Shown here: positions 28,310 to 37,847 of the stretch, in pieces
How the letters are laid out: every line of letters starts with the position of its first letter
How positions within the stretch are numbered: position 1 is the first letter of the stretch
From: Gammaproteobacteria bacterium
GTDB lineage: Bacteria > Pseudomonadota > Gammaproteobacteria > Pseudomonadales > Azotimanducaceae
Length of the DNA stretch: 50,554 bases
Direction of reading: 5' to 3'
Assembly: GCA_026706425.1 (NCBI GenBank)
Contig: JAPOYW010000327.1
Span: 1-50,554 of the forward strand
The notes under the pieces: model-generated
What the model was told of the DNA's origin: nothing
The model's input: only the letters and a program-made list of their open reading frames with translations
Database searches by the model: none
Program-made: the position numbers and the translations under genes

Positions 28310-28412
28310 GGTGCGCGCGGACCGGAGGTCCGCCGCCTCCCGGCCCGCTCTTGAACAGGGTGCTACGCCGTGTGCGGACGTGGACGCGGCGGACTACCGG
28401 TCCGCGCGCACC
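28310..28412. repeat. Imperfect palindromic element with 27-nt arms and a 49-nt loop (REP/MITE-like)
   Basis: The left arm GGTGCGCGCGGACCGGAGGTCCGCCGC (28310..28336) pairs with the right arm GCGGCGGACTACCGGTCCGCGCGCACC (28386..28412) with 2 mismatches. The element starts 4 nt 3' of the APC permease stop. The right arm recurs at 147..165. Confidence 0.7.
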
Positions 28413-28416
28413 CACG

Positions 28417-29781
28417 CTAGCGCTGACGCTTCATCCAGACGAGACCGCCCACCGCGGCCCAGATCAACACGATTATCCACTCGTGCGGCCACGCCAGTCC
28501 CGAAGGACTGCCTGGCAGATAGAGGCAAAGTAGCCCGGCCGCGAGGACGATGGCAGCGTAGCCCACGAGGCGCGGATAGCGCACCTCGAACGGGCGCGGC
28601 AGCTCGGGCTCGCGGTGGCGCAGCACCAGGAAGGCAATGGGCACGAAGATGTAGGCCACGACCACCGCAAGGCTGCCGGTGTTGATCAGCCAGACGAGGA
28701 TCGTCCGGCCGAAGAGCGGGGATATGCAGGACAGGACGCCGATCAGGACGATCGCGGCGTAGGGCGTCTTGTACCGCGGATGGAGGCGTGCGAACACCGC
28801 CGGCAGCGAGCCGGACTCGGCCAGCGCGAAGATGAGCCGGCTGCCGCCGATGATGAAGGCGTTCCAGCTCGTCAATATGCCCCCGATGCCGCCGATCAGC
28901 AGCAGGTCACCCGCCCATGGATGCTGCCAAAGGCGGGCAGCCGCGTCGGCCGTGGCCATGTTCGCATCGCCCAGTTCAGCACTCGGAATTGCGCTCGCGA
29001 CCGCGAACGACACGGCGCCGTACCAAAGCACGGCCAAGCCCACCGAGAACACCAGCAAGACCCCGATCCGCCGCGCCGGGAGGTCCACTTCCTCGGCCGA
29101 CTGCGGGAGCACGTCGAAGCCCACCAGCATGGCCGGGACCATGATGAGCACCGTCAGTATCCCGATAGCCGGTTCGGCGACGAAAGGACGTGCCGTCTCA
29201 ATGCCGCCGCTCGTCGCGGCCCCCGCGATCAGGAAGATGCCGGCGGCCACGATCATCCCGGTGACGATGTTCTGCACCACGGCGGCCGTCCGGATGCCGA
29301 CATAGTTCACCACCGTCATGACGATCGCGCCAATCCAGCCGACCACGACGAATCCGATGTCCACCGGAGCGTCCACCACCGTCCACAGGGTACCCACACG
29401 GATGGCCGGGACGAGGTATTCAACGGCTGTCGGGAGTGCGACCGATTCGAAGACGCACACGGTGACGTAGGCCATGAGCAGGGCCCACGTGCACACGAAC
29501 GACCAACCGGGTCCGAGAGCGCGCAGCGTGTAGACGTGCTCGCCGCCCGCCTTGGGCATGGCGGACGCAAGTTCCGCGTAAGTGAACGCGATGAAGCCGA
29601 TGGCGAGGCCGCCGGCGGCGAAGGCCACCAGCGTGCCGACGCTGCCGGCGTTGGCGACCCACACGCCGGTCATCAAGACCCAGCTCCAGCCGATCATCGC
29701 GCCGAACGAGAGGGTCAGCACGGCGCGCGCCTTGAGCACGCGCGCGAACCGCGGCGCAGCCGGCTGGTCCAGCTCAGCCAC
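28417..29781 (-). CDS. APC-superfamily amino acid/polyamine permease
   Basis: About 12 TM helices. The N-terminal signature is LSFGAMIGWSWVLMTGVWVANAGSVGTLVAFAAGGLAIGFIAFTYAELASAMPKAGGEHVY. The GTG at 29781 is preceded by AGAGGA with 6-nt spacing. The ORF maximum is 29826. Confidence 0.85.
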   Translation of the reverse strand: MAELDQPAAPRFARVLKARAVLTLSFGAMIGWSWVLMTGVWVANAGSVGTLVAFAAGGLAIGFIAFTYAELASAMPKAGGEHVYTLRALGPGWSFVCTWALLMAYVTVCVFESVALPTAVEYLVPAIRVGTLWTVVDAPVDIGFVVVGWIGAIVMTVVNYVGIRTAAVVQNIVTGMIVAAGIFLIAGAATSGGIETARPFVAEPAIGILTVLIMVPAMLVGFDVLPQSAEEVDLPARRIGVLLVFSVGLAVLWYGAVSFAVASAIPSAELGDANMATADAAARLWQHPWAGDLLLIGGIGGILTSWNAFIIGGSRLIFALAESGSLPAVFARLHPRYKTPYAAIVLIGVLSCISPLFGRTILVWLINTGSLAVVVAYIFVPIAFLVLRHREPELPRPFEVRYPRLVGYAAIVLAAGLLCLYLPGSPSGLAWPHEWIIVLIWAAVGGLVWMKRQR

Positions 29782-30574
29782 CGACAGTCCTCTGTGGCAA
29801 GGCCCCAAGCCCTGGCAGCTTGACACCGAACGGCTTGGCGCCGATGCCCGCCGACAGCCCCAACAGGTTCACCTCGACCCCTTCCCGGGGCGAGGCGATG
29901 ACGCCCGCCAAGCCCAGTACGGAGAGCTGCACACCCCGGCCGCTCGGCGGTATCCCAAGCCAGGCGCCATCGGCCAGGTAGTCCTTGCCGATCGCCGTCG
30001 GCGGGAGCTGCAAACCCAGTTCCGGCACGCGTCGGCCGACGTAGGCGGTGAACGTGTTGCTGTTCGGTCCCGGCCAGGTGCGGTATTCGCGCGAATAGGG
30101 GTATTCGTCGATCGCGGCTTCGATACGGTCGATCAGCCCCTCGACGCCGACGCCTCGCCGGTCGACCAGCAGCAGCGGCCGGTTGGAGAACCATTGGTCG
30201 TCAGGGGAACCGTCCCGCTGGGCGAGAGCGGAACCGGTTCGGTAGAGTCGCCAGCCGATTACCTCGTGGCGGCGGTAGCGATCAGCGCCGGGCCGTTTGG
30301 TCGCAATCCAGCTATGCACGGCCACGCTGCCGCGCAGTCCCCATGTTCGCGCCGCATAGACCTGGACCACCGCTTCGGGCGTATCGGCCGGCGACGGCGC
30401 AAATCCGGTCGCGGCATGATCCGCGTCGCTCCAATGCGGGCGCTCGGCAGCAAGCCTGAGCGCGAAAGCAACCACGGCGGGGAGTACAAAAACTGCGAGC
30501 AGCACCCAGGCCACGATCCTGACCGGACGCTTGGTTCTACTTGGCAGGCGAGGGGTTAGAATCCGCCACCGCAT
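29774..30574 (-). CDS. Membrane-anchored hypothetical protein (possibly DUF3750-type; from memory, unverified)
   Basis: An N-terminal TM helix (VRIVAWVLLAVFVLPAVVAFAL) is followed by a conserved-looking YRTWPGPNSNTFTAYV and LPPTAIGKDY. The stop overlaps the APC permease start by 8 nt. The start at 30574 is uncertain. Confidence 0.6.
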   Translation of the reverse strand: MRWRILTPRLPSRTKRPVRIVAWVLLAVFVLPAVVAFALRLAAERPHWSDADHAATGFAPSPADTPEAVVQVYAARTWGLRGSVAVHSWIATKRPGADRYRRHEVIGWRLYRTGSALAQRDGSPDDQWFSNRPLLLVDRRGVGVEGLIDRIEAAIDEYPYSREYRTWPGPNSNTFTAYVGRRVPELGLQLPPTAIGKDYLADGAWLGIPPSGRGVQLSVLGLAGVIASPREGVEVNLLGLSAGIGAKPFGVKLPGLGALPQRTVGG

Positions 30575-30836
30575 GCCCCACCGGTTCGACATTCCCCACC
30601 GCCACAGAGCCTTCAGCATCGTCATCGGCGACGACGACGGGCTCGAACTGTGGCTCGATGGCTGCTTGCGCAAGCGCCGCGACCCGTCGCCCCGGGATCC
30701 CCTGTACGTGTGGACAAACGTGGAACTCGACTGGGAAGAGCACCACTACGTCGAGGCGCGGTACTTTCGCAACACTCGTCAACTGCAGGTGACAATCAAC
30801 GGAGCGCCGATCCTCGAGCGGTCGCTGGCGCCGTAA
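30573..30836 (+). CDS. Small hypothetical protein (87 aa), doubtful
   Basis: MPHRFDIPHRHRAFSIVIGDDDGLELWLDG... has G/C at most third positions, which is coding-like. However, it abuts the divergent DUF3750-like start and overlaps the RND gene 3' end by 41 nt. Confidence 0.3.
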   Translation: MPHRFDIPHRHRAFSIVIGDDDGLELWLDGCLRKRRDPSPRDPLYVWTNVELDWEEHHYVEARYFRNTRQLQVTINGAPILERSLAP

Positions 30837-33800
30837 GCGGTGCCGCGTGGCTCGCCCGACCCGTGACGAACTCGCGCAGGCTAGCCTGGATCGCGTAAAG
30901 GCTCGGGATCAGCAGCAAGGTGATCCCGGTCGCGAACAGAATGCCGAACGCCAGCGATATGGCCATCGGTTTCACCATCTGCGCGTGCATGGACCGTTCC
31001 GCCACGATCGGCACCAGGCCGCAGAAGGTCGTCAGCGAGGTCAAGAGAATCGGCCGGAACCGCACCATGCCTGCCTCGATGGCCGCGGCGATGGTGGGGA
31101 CGCCTTCGGAAACGCGACGATTGATGTAGTGCACGAGGATCAGGCTGTCGTTCACCACCACGCCGGCGAGCGCGAAGAAGCCCAACGCCGAAATGGCATT
31201 CATGGCGATGCCGCAGATCCAGTGTCCGATCACCGCCCCGATGAGGCCGAACGGAATGACCATCATGATCATCAGCGGCTGCAGGTAGGACTTTAGCGGT
31301 ATCGCCATCAGCACGTAGATGCCGATCAACGCCGCGCCGAAGCCGAGCAGCATCTCGATCACCGAGGACGCCTGTTCCAGCGCCGACGTGCCGAGGCCGA
31401 ATTCCACCCCCGGATAGCGCGTCCTCATTTCCGGGATGATCGTGTTCCGAACGGCATTCATGACGGCACCCGGCTCGACCATGCCGGTGTTGGCGTTCGC
31501 CTCGACCGAGACCGTGCGTCGACTGTTGATGCGGCGGATCGAGTTGTAGCCGCGCTCTAGCTTGTAGTCGGCGACCGCATTGAACGGCAACTCGCGACCG
31601 TCCGGCAGCCGAATCCACATGTTCTCGAGGTTGCCGATCGAGACCCGCTCGCTGCGCGGATAGCGCACCATGACCCGGACCTCCGAGTCGCCGCGCTGGA
31701 TGCGTTGCGCTTCGGCGCCATAGAAAGCCTGCCGGACCTGGCCGGCCAGATCCGCCAACGTGACGCCCAGCGCCTCCGCCTCAGGGCGGACCTCGAGCTT
31801 GACTTCCTCCGGACCGACGTTCGCTGAACTCTCGATTTCGTAGAGCCCGTCGTAGTTGCGCAGATGGTCGGCCAGTTCGTCGGCGGCTGCCTCGACCTGG
31901 CGGTAGTCTCGACCCGACAGGCGGAACGAGACCGGCGCGCCGCTGCTCATGCGCATGCTGGAGGAGAACCTAAGTTCCTCAGTGCCGGCGATGTCGCCGA
32001 TCTTTCCACGCCAGCGTCTCTCGACCTCCTTCGGGCTGACGTCGCGCGTCTCGCCCTCGACCAATTGAACCTGGAAGCGGGCGGAATTGCCCCCTTGTAT
32101 GGAGCCGAACGAGTGCTCGACGACGTCGTAGTCGAGGTCGTACTCCTCCTTGAGTTCCTCGTTGACGGCCCTGAGTCCGGCGTCCATCTGCTCGACGATG
32201 CTCTTGATCAGACTCTCCGGGGCGCCTTCCTGGATCTGCACGGTCGCGGAGACGAAATCCGCCTCCATCTCCGGGAAGAACACGACACGAACAAAGCCGC
32301 CGAGTACAAGGCCGATCATGAGGATGGCGATCCCGATGAAACTGGCGACGGTGGTCCAGCGGTGCTCGATGGCACGCTTCAGTAGCGGGCTGTAAACATG
32401 GCTGACGAACCACATGAGCTTCGTTCCCGCCCAATCGGCAAAGCCGCGCCTGGAGCCGTGGGACGAGCGCATGATCGCGAGGTGCGACGGCAGGATGAGC
32501 TTGCTCTCGACGAGCGAGAAGGCAAGGCACAGGATGACCACCCAGGCGATCGCGCCGGCGAAGGCGGACGTGCGTCCCGTCTGGAACAGCATGGGCAGGA
32601 ACGCCATGATCGTCGTCAGCACGCCGAATGTCGCCGGCACCGCCACGCGCTGCGCGCCACGGACGATGTTCGGCAAGGTGTAGCCCTTGCGCTCCGTCTC
32701 GGCGTACGAACTCTCCGCGATGATGATCGCGTCATCCACCACCACGCCCAGCACGAGAATGAACGCGAACAGGCTCATGATGTTGATCGAGACGTCCACC
32801 AGCGGCAGCGGCATCATCATGAACGCGCCCAGGAACGCCACGGCCATGCCCAGGATCACCCACAGGGCGATCTTCAAGTGCAGGAAGACGCCGAGGATCA
32901 CGAGGACGAGGACGGCGGCGAGCGCCATGTTCTTGAGCATCATCGTCAGGCGGCCTTCCAGGAACACCGAAGTGTCAGCCCAGACCGTCATCTGCGCCTC
33001 GGGGGGCAGCGTGGCGTTGCGCTGCTCGACGTAGTCCCGCACCGCAGCGCTCACATCGATCGGGTTCTCGTCCTCCGTCGCCGAGACGTTGATGCCGAAG
33101 GAGCGCTTGCCGTCGAAGAACGAGTAGCTCTCCGTTTCAGCGAAGCCATCACGGATATTCGCCACGTCGCCGAGGTGTATGCGCGTTCCATCCGGCCGCG
33201 TCAGCAGCACGATGTCCTTGAACTCCTGCCCGGTGTACGCCTGGCCCGTGGCGCGCAGCCGGATGTCGCCGGCCGCCGAGCGGATCGCGCCGCCCGGCAA
33301 GTCCAGCGACCAGCGCCGAATCACCTGGGCCACGCCGTCGAGCGTCAGCCCGTACTGGCGCAATGCGCTCTCGGAGATCTCGACCGATATCTCGAACGGC
33401 CGCGACCCCATGACCTCGGCCGACGACACGTCCGGCAACGCCACGACCTCTTCCCGGATCGTGTCGGCGAGTTCCTTCATTGTGGCCTCGTCGAGATCGC
33501 CGGCCAGTTGGATGTTGACCACGCCGGTCATGAACCGGAACTCGGAGATCATCGGCCGCTCGGTCTCGTTCGGGAACGTCGAGATGCCGTCGATGGCGAG
33601 TTTCAGCTTGTCGGTCATCTCGGCGATCTCGAAGCCTTCCCTGAGCTCGACGCGGACACTGGCCACGCCTTCGCTGGCCGTCGACGAAATCTCGTGAATG
33701 CCCTCGATGGACTCGATGGCCTCCTCGATGCGCACGACGACGGCCTTCTCGACCTCCTCGGGTGCCGCGCCGAGATAGGGCACCTGGATCTGGATCATGT

Positions 33801-33966
33801 TCGACTGGAACTCGGGGAACGTCTCCTTCTTGAGGATGAAGACGCCGACGATGCCGCCGATGATGATGGCGAACATCATCAGGTTCGCCGCGACGTGGTT
33901 CTGCGCGAACCAGCCGATCAGGCCGTGGACTTCGTCCTCGGGAGCGACCGCCGCCTGGTCACTCAT
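30796..33966 (-). CDS. RND efflux pump, inner-membrane permease (AcrB/AcrD/AcrF family)
   Basis: 1056 aa with two large periplasmic loops and 12 TM helices. Typical stretches are WFAQNHVAANLMMFAIIIGG, LVLGVVVDDAIIIAES and GFFALAGVVVNDSLILV. The start overlaps the adaptor gene stop by 8 nt. Confidence 0.92.
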   Translation of the reverse strand: MSDQAAVAPEDEVHGLIGWFAQNHVAANLMMFAIIIGGIVGVFILKKETFPEFQSNMIQIQVPYLGAAPEEVEKAVVVRIEEAIESIEGIHEISSTASEGVASVRVELREGFEIAEMTDKLKLAIDGISTFPNETERPMISEFRFMTGVVNIQLAGDLDEATMKELADTIREEVVALPDVSSAEVMGSRPFEISVEISESALRQYGLTLDGVAQVIRRWSLDLPGGAIRSAAGDIRLRATGQAYTGQEFKDIVLLTRPDGTRIHLGDVANIRDGFAETESYSFFDGKRSFGINVSATEDENPIDVSAAVRDYVEQRNATLPPEAQMTVWADTSVFLEGRLTMMLKNMALAAVLVLVILGVFLHLKIALWVILGMAVAFLGAFMMMPLPLVDVSINIMSLFAFILVLGVVVDDAIIIAESSYAETERKGYTLPNIVRGAQRVAVPATFGVLTTIMAFLPMLFQTGRTSAFAGAIAWVVILCLAFSLVESKLILPSHLAIMRSSHGSRRGFADWAGTKLMWFVSHVYSPLLKRAIEHRWTTVASFIGIAILMIGLVLGGFVRVVFFPEMEADFVSATVQIQEGAPESLIKSIVEQMDAGLRAVNEELKEEYDLDYDVVEHSFGSIQGGNSARFQVQLVEGETRDVSPKEVERRWRGKIGDIAGTEELRFSSSMRMSSGAPVSFRLSGRDYRQVEAAADELADHLRNYDGLYEIESSANVGPEEVKLEVRPEAEALGVTLADLAGQVRQAFYGAEAQRIQRGDSEVRVMVRYPRSERVSIGNLENMWIRLPDGRELPFNAVADYKLERGYNSIRRINSRRTVSVEANANTGMVEPGAVMNAVRNTIIPEMRTRYPGVEFGLGTSALEQASSVIEMLLGFGAALIGIYVLMAIPLKSYLQPLMIMMVIPFGLIGAVIGHWICGIAMNAISALGFFALAGVVVNDSLILVHYINRRVSEGVPTIAAAIEAGMVRFRPILLTSLTTFCGLVPIVAERSMHAQMVKPMAISLAFGILFATGITLLLIPSLYAIQASLREFVTGRASHAAPLTAPATARGSALR

Positions 33967-35116
33967 TGACGCGGACCAGCATCCCGGGCAGCGGCTGTTC
34001 GGGCGGTGTCACGGTGTAACGTTCGCCGTCGGCGAGGCCGCTCGCCACGTAGGAGAACCGCTCGTCGGCGCGGACGATCTCGAGGTGCCGGGGATGTATT
34101 GCCATGTCCTCGCCAACCAGCCACAACGTCTCGCCGCGCTGCAGCGAGTGGCGCGGGATGACGAACATGTCGCCGCCGTCGCGCCCTTCGATCTCCGCGG
34201 TCACGAAGGTGCCGATCCGCAAGGGCTCGTCACCGTTCCCAGTCTGGCCATAGGGGTCGTCCACCTGGGCCACGACGTGCAGGACCCGGCTTTCCGCGTC
34301 GAAAACACCTTCAGAGCGCACGATGCGGCCCTGCCATGCCCGGCGCACGCCGCCGATGTCCGCGCTAAGCTCGACGGGCAGGAATGTTTCGCTGTCCGCG
34401 TCCGGCAGATCGAGGTATTGCAGGTCCACCTGCGGCAAGGGCAAGCGGACCTCGGCGTAGTCGGTTGCGAAGGTCTCGGCGACTTGCGTTCCCACGTTGA
34501 CGTACTGGCCGACATCGGCGCGCTTCTCGCGCACCATCCCGTCGTAGGGTGCACGGATCACGGTGCGATCGAGATCCTCCGTCGCCTTTTCCAGATCCGC
34601 CTCGGCGAACTCCAGGGCTGCAACCGCCTCCGCCAGTTGCGGCTTGCGCAGCGCGAGGTCCGAAGCGGGACGGGACGCCGCGGCGTTGAGCTCGCGCAAG
34701 CGCTGCCAATCCTGGTACGCGTAGCCAGCGAGGGCATGCTCAGTGGCCACCTTGGTGCGCGCCTTGGCCACTTCCGAACGAGCCCGTTTGAAGGCGGTCT
34801 GGTAGTGCCGCGGATCGATGCGCACCAGCACGTCGCCGGCTTTGAAGAATCCACCGCTAACGAAGGCGGGCGCGACCTCGGCAATCTGCCCGGAGACTTC
34901 GCTCACCAAGGTGGTGCGGGTGCGCGGCGTGACGACCCCCTGCGAGTGCACGGTAAAGGTCACCGGCTCGCGTTCCGCCACGGCGACCTGCACGAGCAGC
35001 GTGGGCGGAGGCGCAGCGATTCGCTCGACCTCGGGACGTGCCGCAATGATCTGCATTGCGACCAAAATGGCGCCCCCGATGATGGCGATGGGCAGAACGA
35101 TTTTGAGCCAGCGCAT
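33959..35116 (-). CDS. RND periplasmic adaptor (membrane fusion protein, HlyD/AcrA family)
   Basis: An N-terminal anchor (MRWLKIVLPIAIIGGAILVAM) is followed by a lipoyl-like hairpin (GGFFKAGDVLVRID), a coiled-coil segment and a beta-barrel (IRAPYDGMV). The gene is translationally coupled to the RND pump. Confidence 0.88.
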   Translation of the reverse strand: MRWLKIVLPIAIIGGAILVAMQIIAARPEVERIAAPPPTLLVQVAVAEREPVTFTVHSQGVVTPRTRTTLVSEVSGQIAEVAPAFVSGGFFKAGDVLVRIDPRHYQTAFKRARSEVAKARTKVATEHALAGYAYQDWQRLRELNAAASRPASDLALRKPQLAEAVAALEFAEADLEKATEDLDRTVIRAPYDGMVREKRADVGQYVNVGTQVAETFATDYAEVRLPLPQVDLQYLDLPDADSETFLPVELSADIGGVRRAWQGRIVRSEGVFDAESRVLHVVAQVDDPYGQTGNGDEPLRIGTFVTAEIEGRDGGDMFVIPRHSLQRGETLWLVGEDMAIHPRHLEIVRADERFSYVASGLADGERYTVTPPEQPLPGMLVRVNE

Positions 35117-35223
35117 GGGTCCGGTCGCGGCAGCCGCCCGCTTGCTGCGCGAGTGCTACCAAAGGTAACGTTAGCGGTCCACAGTAGCGCACCCACGCAA
35201 GAAATGGAAACACTTTTTTCGTC

Positions 35224-36003
35224 GTGACGACCCGGTCCCCCGCCGATCCAGATCGCTACGCGCTGCCGAGTGCCCGTTACCGGCGGGACGGCTACGTCGT
35301 ACTCCGCGAGTTCGCGTCCGCCGAGCAGTGCAACCTCCTTGCGGATCTGGCCCGGCGCGATCTCGAACCGCTCGTCGGGCCGGCGGAGTTCGAAGCCGAT
35401 GTCGGCTATCCGGGCGCACCGCGCTCACGCAACGACGCCGGCGGGACCACGCCCCGGCGACTGCTTCACGCCTACTCGCGCGATGCCGCGTTCCGTCAGT
35501 TCGCCACGCGAAGCGACCTCGGCGCCGTACTGCGGCAACTACTGGGTAACGAGCCTTGCCTGTCCCAATGCCATCACAACTGCGTCATGACCAAGCACCC
35601 GGGTTACTCGAGCGCCACGTTGTGGCACCAGGACGTGCGCTACTGGTCGTTCGACCGCCCGGATCTGGTGTCGCTGTGGCTGGCGCTGGGCACCGAGACG
35701 GCCGCCAACGGCGCGCTGATGGTGATCCCCGGCAGCCACCGCCTGAACCTGGACCGGGGACGGCTCGACCGCGACCTGTTCCTGCGCCCCGATCTTCCCG
35801 AGAACAATGCGCTGATCGAGCAGGCCATGACGCTCAAACTGGCCGTCGGCGACGTGCTGCTGTTCTCGAGCCGGCTGTTCCACGCCGCGGGACGCAACGA
35901 CACCGATGCCGTCAAGCTGTCGCTGGTGTTCACCTACCACGCCCCCGACAACCGCCCGATTCCCGGCACGCGCTCGGCCCAGTACCCGTCGATCCGGCTC
36001 TAG
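35224..36003 (+). CDS. Phytanoyl-CoA dioxygenase (PhyH) family Fe(II)/2OG oxygenase, second copy
   Basis: LWHQDVRYWSF (HxD), MVIPGSHRL and LLFSSRLFHAAGRN (distal His). GTG start. Divergent from the RND operon. Confidence 0.82.
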   Translation: MTTRSPADPDRYALPSARYRRDGYVVLREFASAEQCNLLADLARRDLEPLVGPAEFEADVGYPGAPRSRNDAGGTTPRRLLHAYSRDAAFRQFATRSDLGAVLRQLLGNEPCLSQCHHNCVMTKHPGYSSATLWHQDVRYWSFDRPDLVSLWLALGTETAANGALMVIPGSHRLNLDRGRLDRDLFLRPDLPENNALIEQAMTLKLAVGDVLLFSSRLFHAAGRNDTDAVKLSLVFTYHAPDNRPIPGTRSAQYPSIRL

Positions 36004-36130
36004 CTTCCGCAACCAAGTGGTAACCGCACTTTCCACTCGGTCGTGAATAGTGGCAATTGGCCGCACGGTCGGACGACCGACCTGGTTGCGGCGTCCGCAT
36101 CCGTCCCTACGGCTCGCCTGAGCTCCGCGC

Positions 36131-36337
36131 TTACGGTCGGACCGATCGATGGAAGCGCAGCGCCAGGGCCACGTGCACGATCGCCAACGCCCCGTAAGCG
36201 GCGACGAACAGGCCGCCTGCCGGCATTACGAAGCTCTGCGCGAACGCGAGCGAAGCCCAGGCGATTCCAAACGCCGCATGCCACCGAACTCGCACCGCGG
36301 CCGAGGCTGCCGAGCGAAGCCATTGAACCAACGTCAC
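36131..36337 (-). CDS. Small two-TM membrane protein (68 aa), doubtful
   Basis: The start overlaps the acyl-CoA dehydrogenase stop by 4 nt. There are two hydrophobic segments (AAFGIAWASLAFAQSFV and GGLFVAAYGALAIVHVALAL). I recognised no family. Confidence 0.35.
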   Translation of the reverse strand: MTLVQWLRSAASAAVRVRWHAAFGIAWASLAFAQSFVMPAGGLFVAAYGALAIVHVALALRFHRSVRP

Positions 36338-37452
36338 AGCCGTCCCTTCCCCAGATCCAGCCGGCCGCGCACGAGGTTGAGCCTAAGCACGTCGCTCGCG
36401 CCTTCCGCCAAGCGCATCGATCGCACCCGCCGGTACAGTTCCTCCAACGGATGCCCGGTCCGCAGCGCGATCCCGCCGACGAGTTGAATGCCGGCGTCCA
36501 CGATGTCGCCAACCGCCTCCGTGGCGAAGACCTTCGACGCGATGCCCTCGTTGACGATGTTCTCGCCCGCGTCGCCGAGCCGGGCCGTGCGATAGACCAT
36601 GCTGCGCGCTGCATAGGCGCGGATCCGCATGTCGGCGTAGCGCAATCGGACCCCCTCGCGGTCGCCGAGGGGCGTGCCGCTGCGATGCGGTCGCTGGATG
36701 TACTCGGTGACGAAGTCGATGACCCAGCGTGCCAGGCCCACGCTCTCGGCCGCGAACGCCAGTCGGGTGTCGCCGATCTGGCGCAATGCGCGCGGCATGC
36801 CCCGCCCGGCCTCGCCGACGATGTGCGCCGCCGGCACGCGCACGTCGTGGAACTCCATATAGGCATGATGGCTGCCGTCCATTGACGCGAACGTGCGCGC
36901 GACCTCGACGCCGGGCGCGGCGCGGTCGATGACCACCATGGCCGGACCATGGCCCTCCACGTCAAGGAGCACATTGATGAAGTCCGCATCGGCACCGCCC
37001 GTTACGTAGGACTTCTGCCCGTTGACCACGAGGTCGTCGCCATCGCGGCGCGCCCAGGTCGCCCGTTCGGCGCCGTCCGGTTCGGTAAACCCGAACGCGC
37101 CGCGCTTTTCCCCGGCGAGCACTGGCGCGAGATAGGCACTCTTCAATGGCTCGTCAACCCCGGCCAACACGCCCGGCCCGGGACCGAACAGGCCGCCCAG
37201 ATGGCTGACGTTGTGACTGCCCAACGTGTCGCGCACGACCGTCATGGCCAGGAGCGATGCGCCGGAGCCGCCGAACTCCGTCGGTTGCGTCATCGTGAAG
37301 ACGCCCGCGTCCTTGGATGCTTGGCGCGCCCGCGCCGCCCGTTCCCTGGGCTCGAGCGAGGCGTCGTCGCGCAGCGGCACGAGCACGTCGCGGGCCATGG
37401 CGTCCACGCGATCGCGCAGGGCCGCCAGATCGTCGGTCAGTTGCTCCGGCAT
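36334..37452 (-). CDS. Acyl-CoA dehydrogenase
   Basis: From the internal ATG at 37452 the protein reads MPEQLTDDLAALRDRVDAMARDVL. It contains AFGFTEPDGAE, VVNGQKSYVTGG and a C-terminal IQLVGGIALRTGHPLEELYRRVRSMRLAEGASDVLR. The 121 upstream codons of the ORF overlap the neighbouring gene and look spurious. Confidence 0.9.
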   Translation of the reverse strand: MPEQLTDDLAALRDRVDAMARDVLVPLRDDASLEPRERAARARQASKDAGVFTMTQPTEFGGSGASLLAMTVVRDTLGSHNVSHLGGLFGPGPGVLAGVDEPLKSAYLAPVLAGEKRGAFGFTEPDGAERATWARRDGDDLVVNGQKSYVTGGADADFINVLLDVEGHGPAMVVIDRAAPGVEVARTFASMDGSHHAYMEFHDVRVPAAHIVGEAGRGMPRALRQIGDTRLAFAAESVGLARWVIDFVTEYIQRPHRSGTPLGDREGVRLRYADMRIRAYAARSMVYRTARLGDAGENIVNEGIASKVFATEAVGDIVDAGIQLVGGIALRTGHPLEELYRRVRSMRLAEGASDVLRLNLVRGRLDLGKGRL

Positions 37453-37454
37453 CG

Positions 37455-37847
37455 TTAAAGGAGCGTCGGCACGAAGACCATGAGCACAACGGCCACCAGC
37501 AGGCCCGCCAACAGCAGCAACGCGTAGAAAAGCCACGTCTCGCGACGCGCGTTGCGTTGCACCAACGCCACGATCTGCTCCTCGCCACGGGCGGCGACGG
37601 ACGATGCCAGCCGGTAGCGCGTGATGCCGTCGCCACGGCCCGGCAGCTTGACGAACAGTTCCGGTGTGCGCCGCAGCGTTTTCACCACGTCGTAGATGGG
37701 CAGCCCGGCCTCGCGCGCGATGTGGGTCGGCGCCAAGCCCTTGTTCGGCTCTTCCACGAATCGCTCGACGATGGCCAGGATCATGGCGGTCCGACCGCGG
37801 AAACGGAACGTCCACGGTGCGAGCAGGTTCGAGACGATTTCAGCCAT
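37455..37847 (-). CDS. Hypothetical protein: winged-helix-like N-terminal region plus C-terminal TM anchor
   Basis: MAEIVSNLL...ILAIVERFVEEPNKGLAPTHIAREAGLPIYDVVKTLRRTPELFVKLPG is followed by WLFYALLLLAGLLVAVVLMVFVPTLL. It overlaps the CYTH stop by 8 nt, and its own stop is 2 nt before the dehydrogenase ATG. Confidence 0.55.
   Translation of the reverse strand: MAEIVSNLLAPWTFRFRGRTAMILAIVERFVEEPNKGLAPTHIAREAGLPIYDVVKTLRRTPELFVKLPGRGDGITRYRLASSVAARGEEQIVALVQRNARRETWLFYALLLLAGLLVAVVLMVFVPTLL

Noticed and set aside
30796-35116. The RND pump and adaptor have no adjacent outer-membrane factor or TetR-type regulator.
   Set aside because: Two-gene RND operons that borrow a TolC-like channel encoded elsewhere are common. 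Nothing in the sequence marks this pair as unusual.
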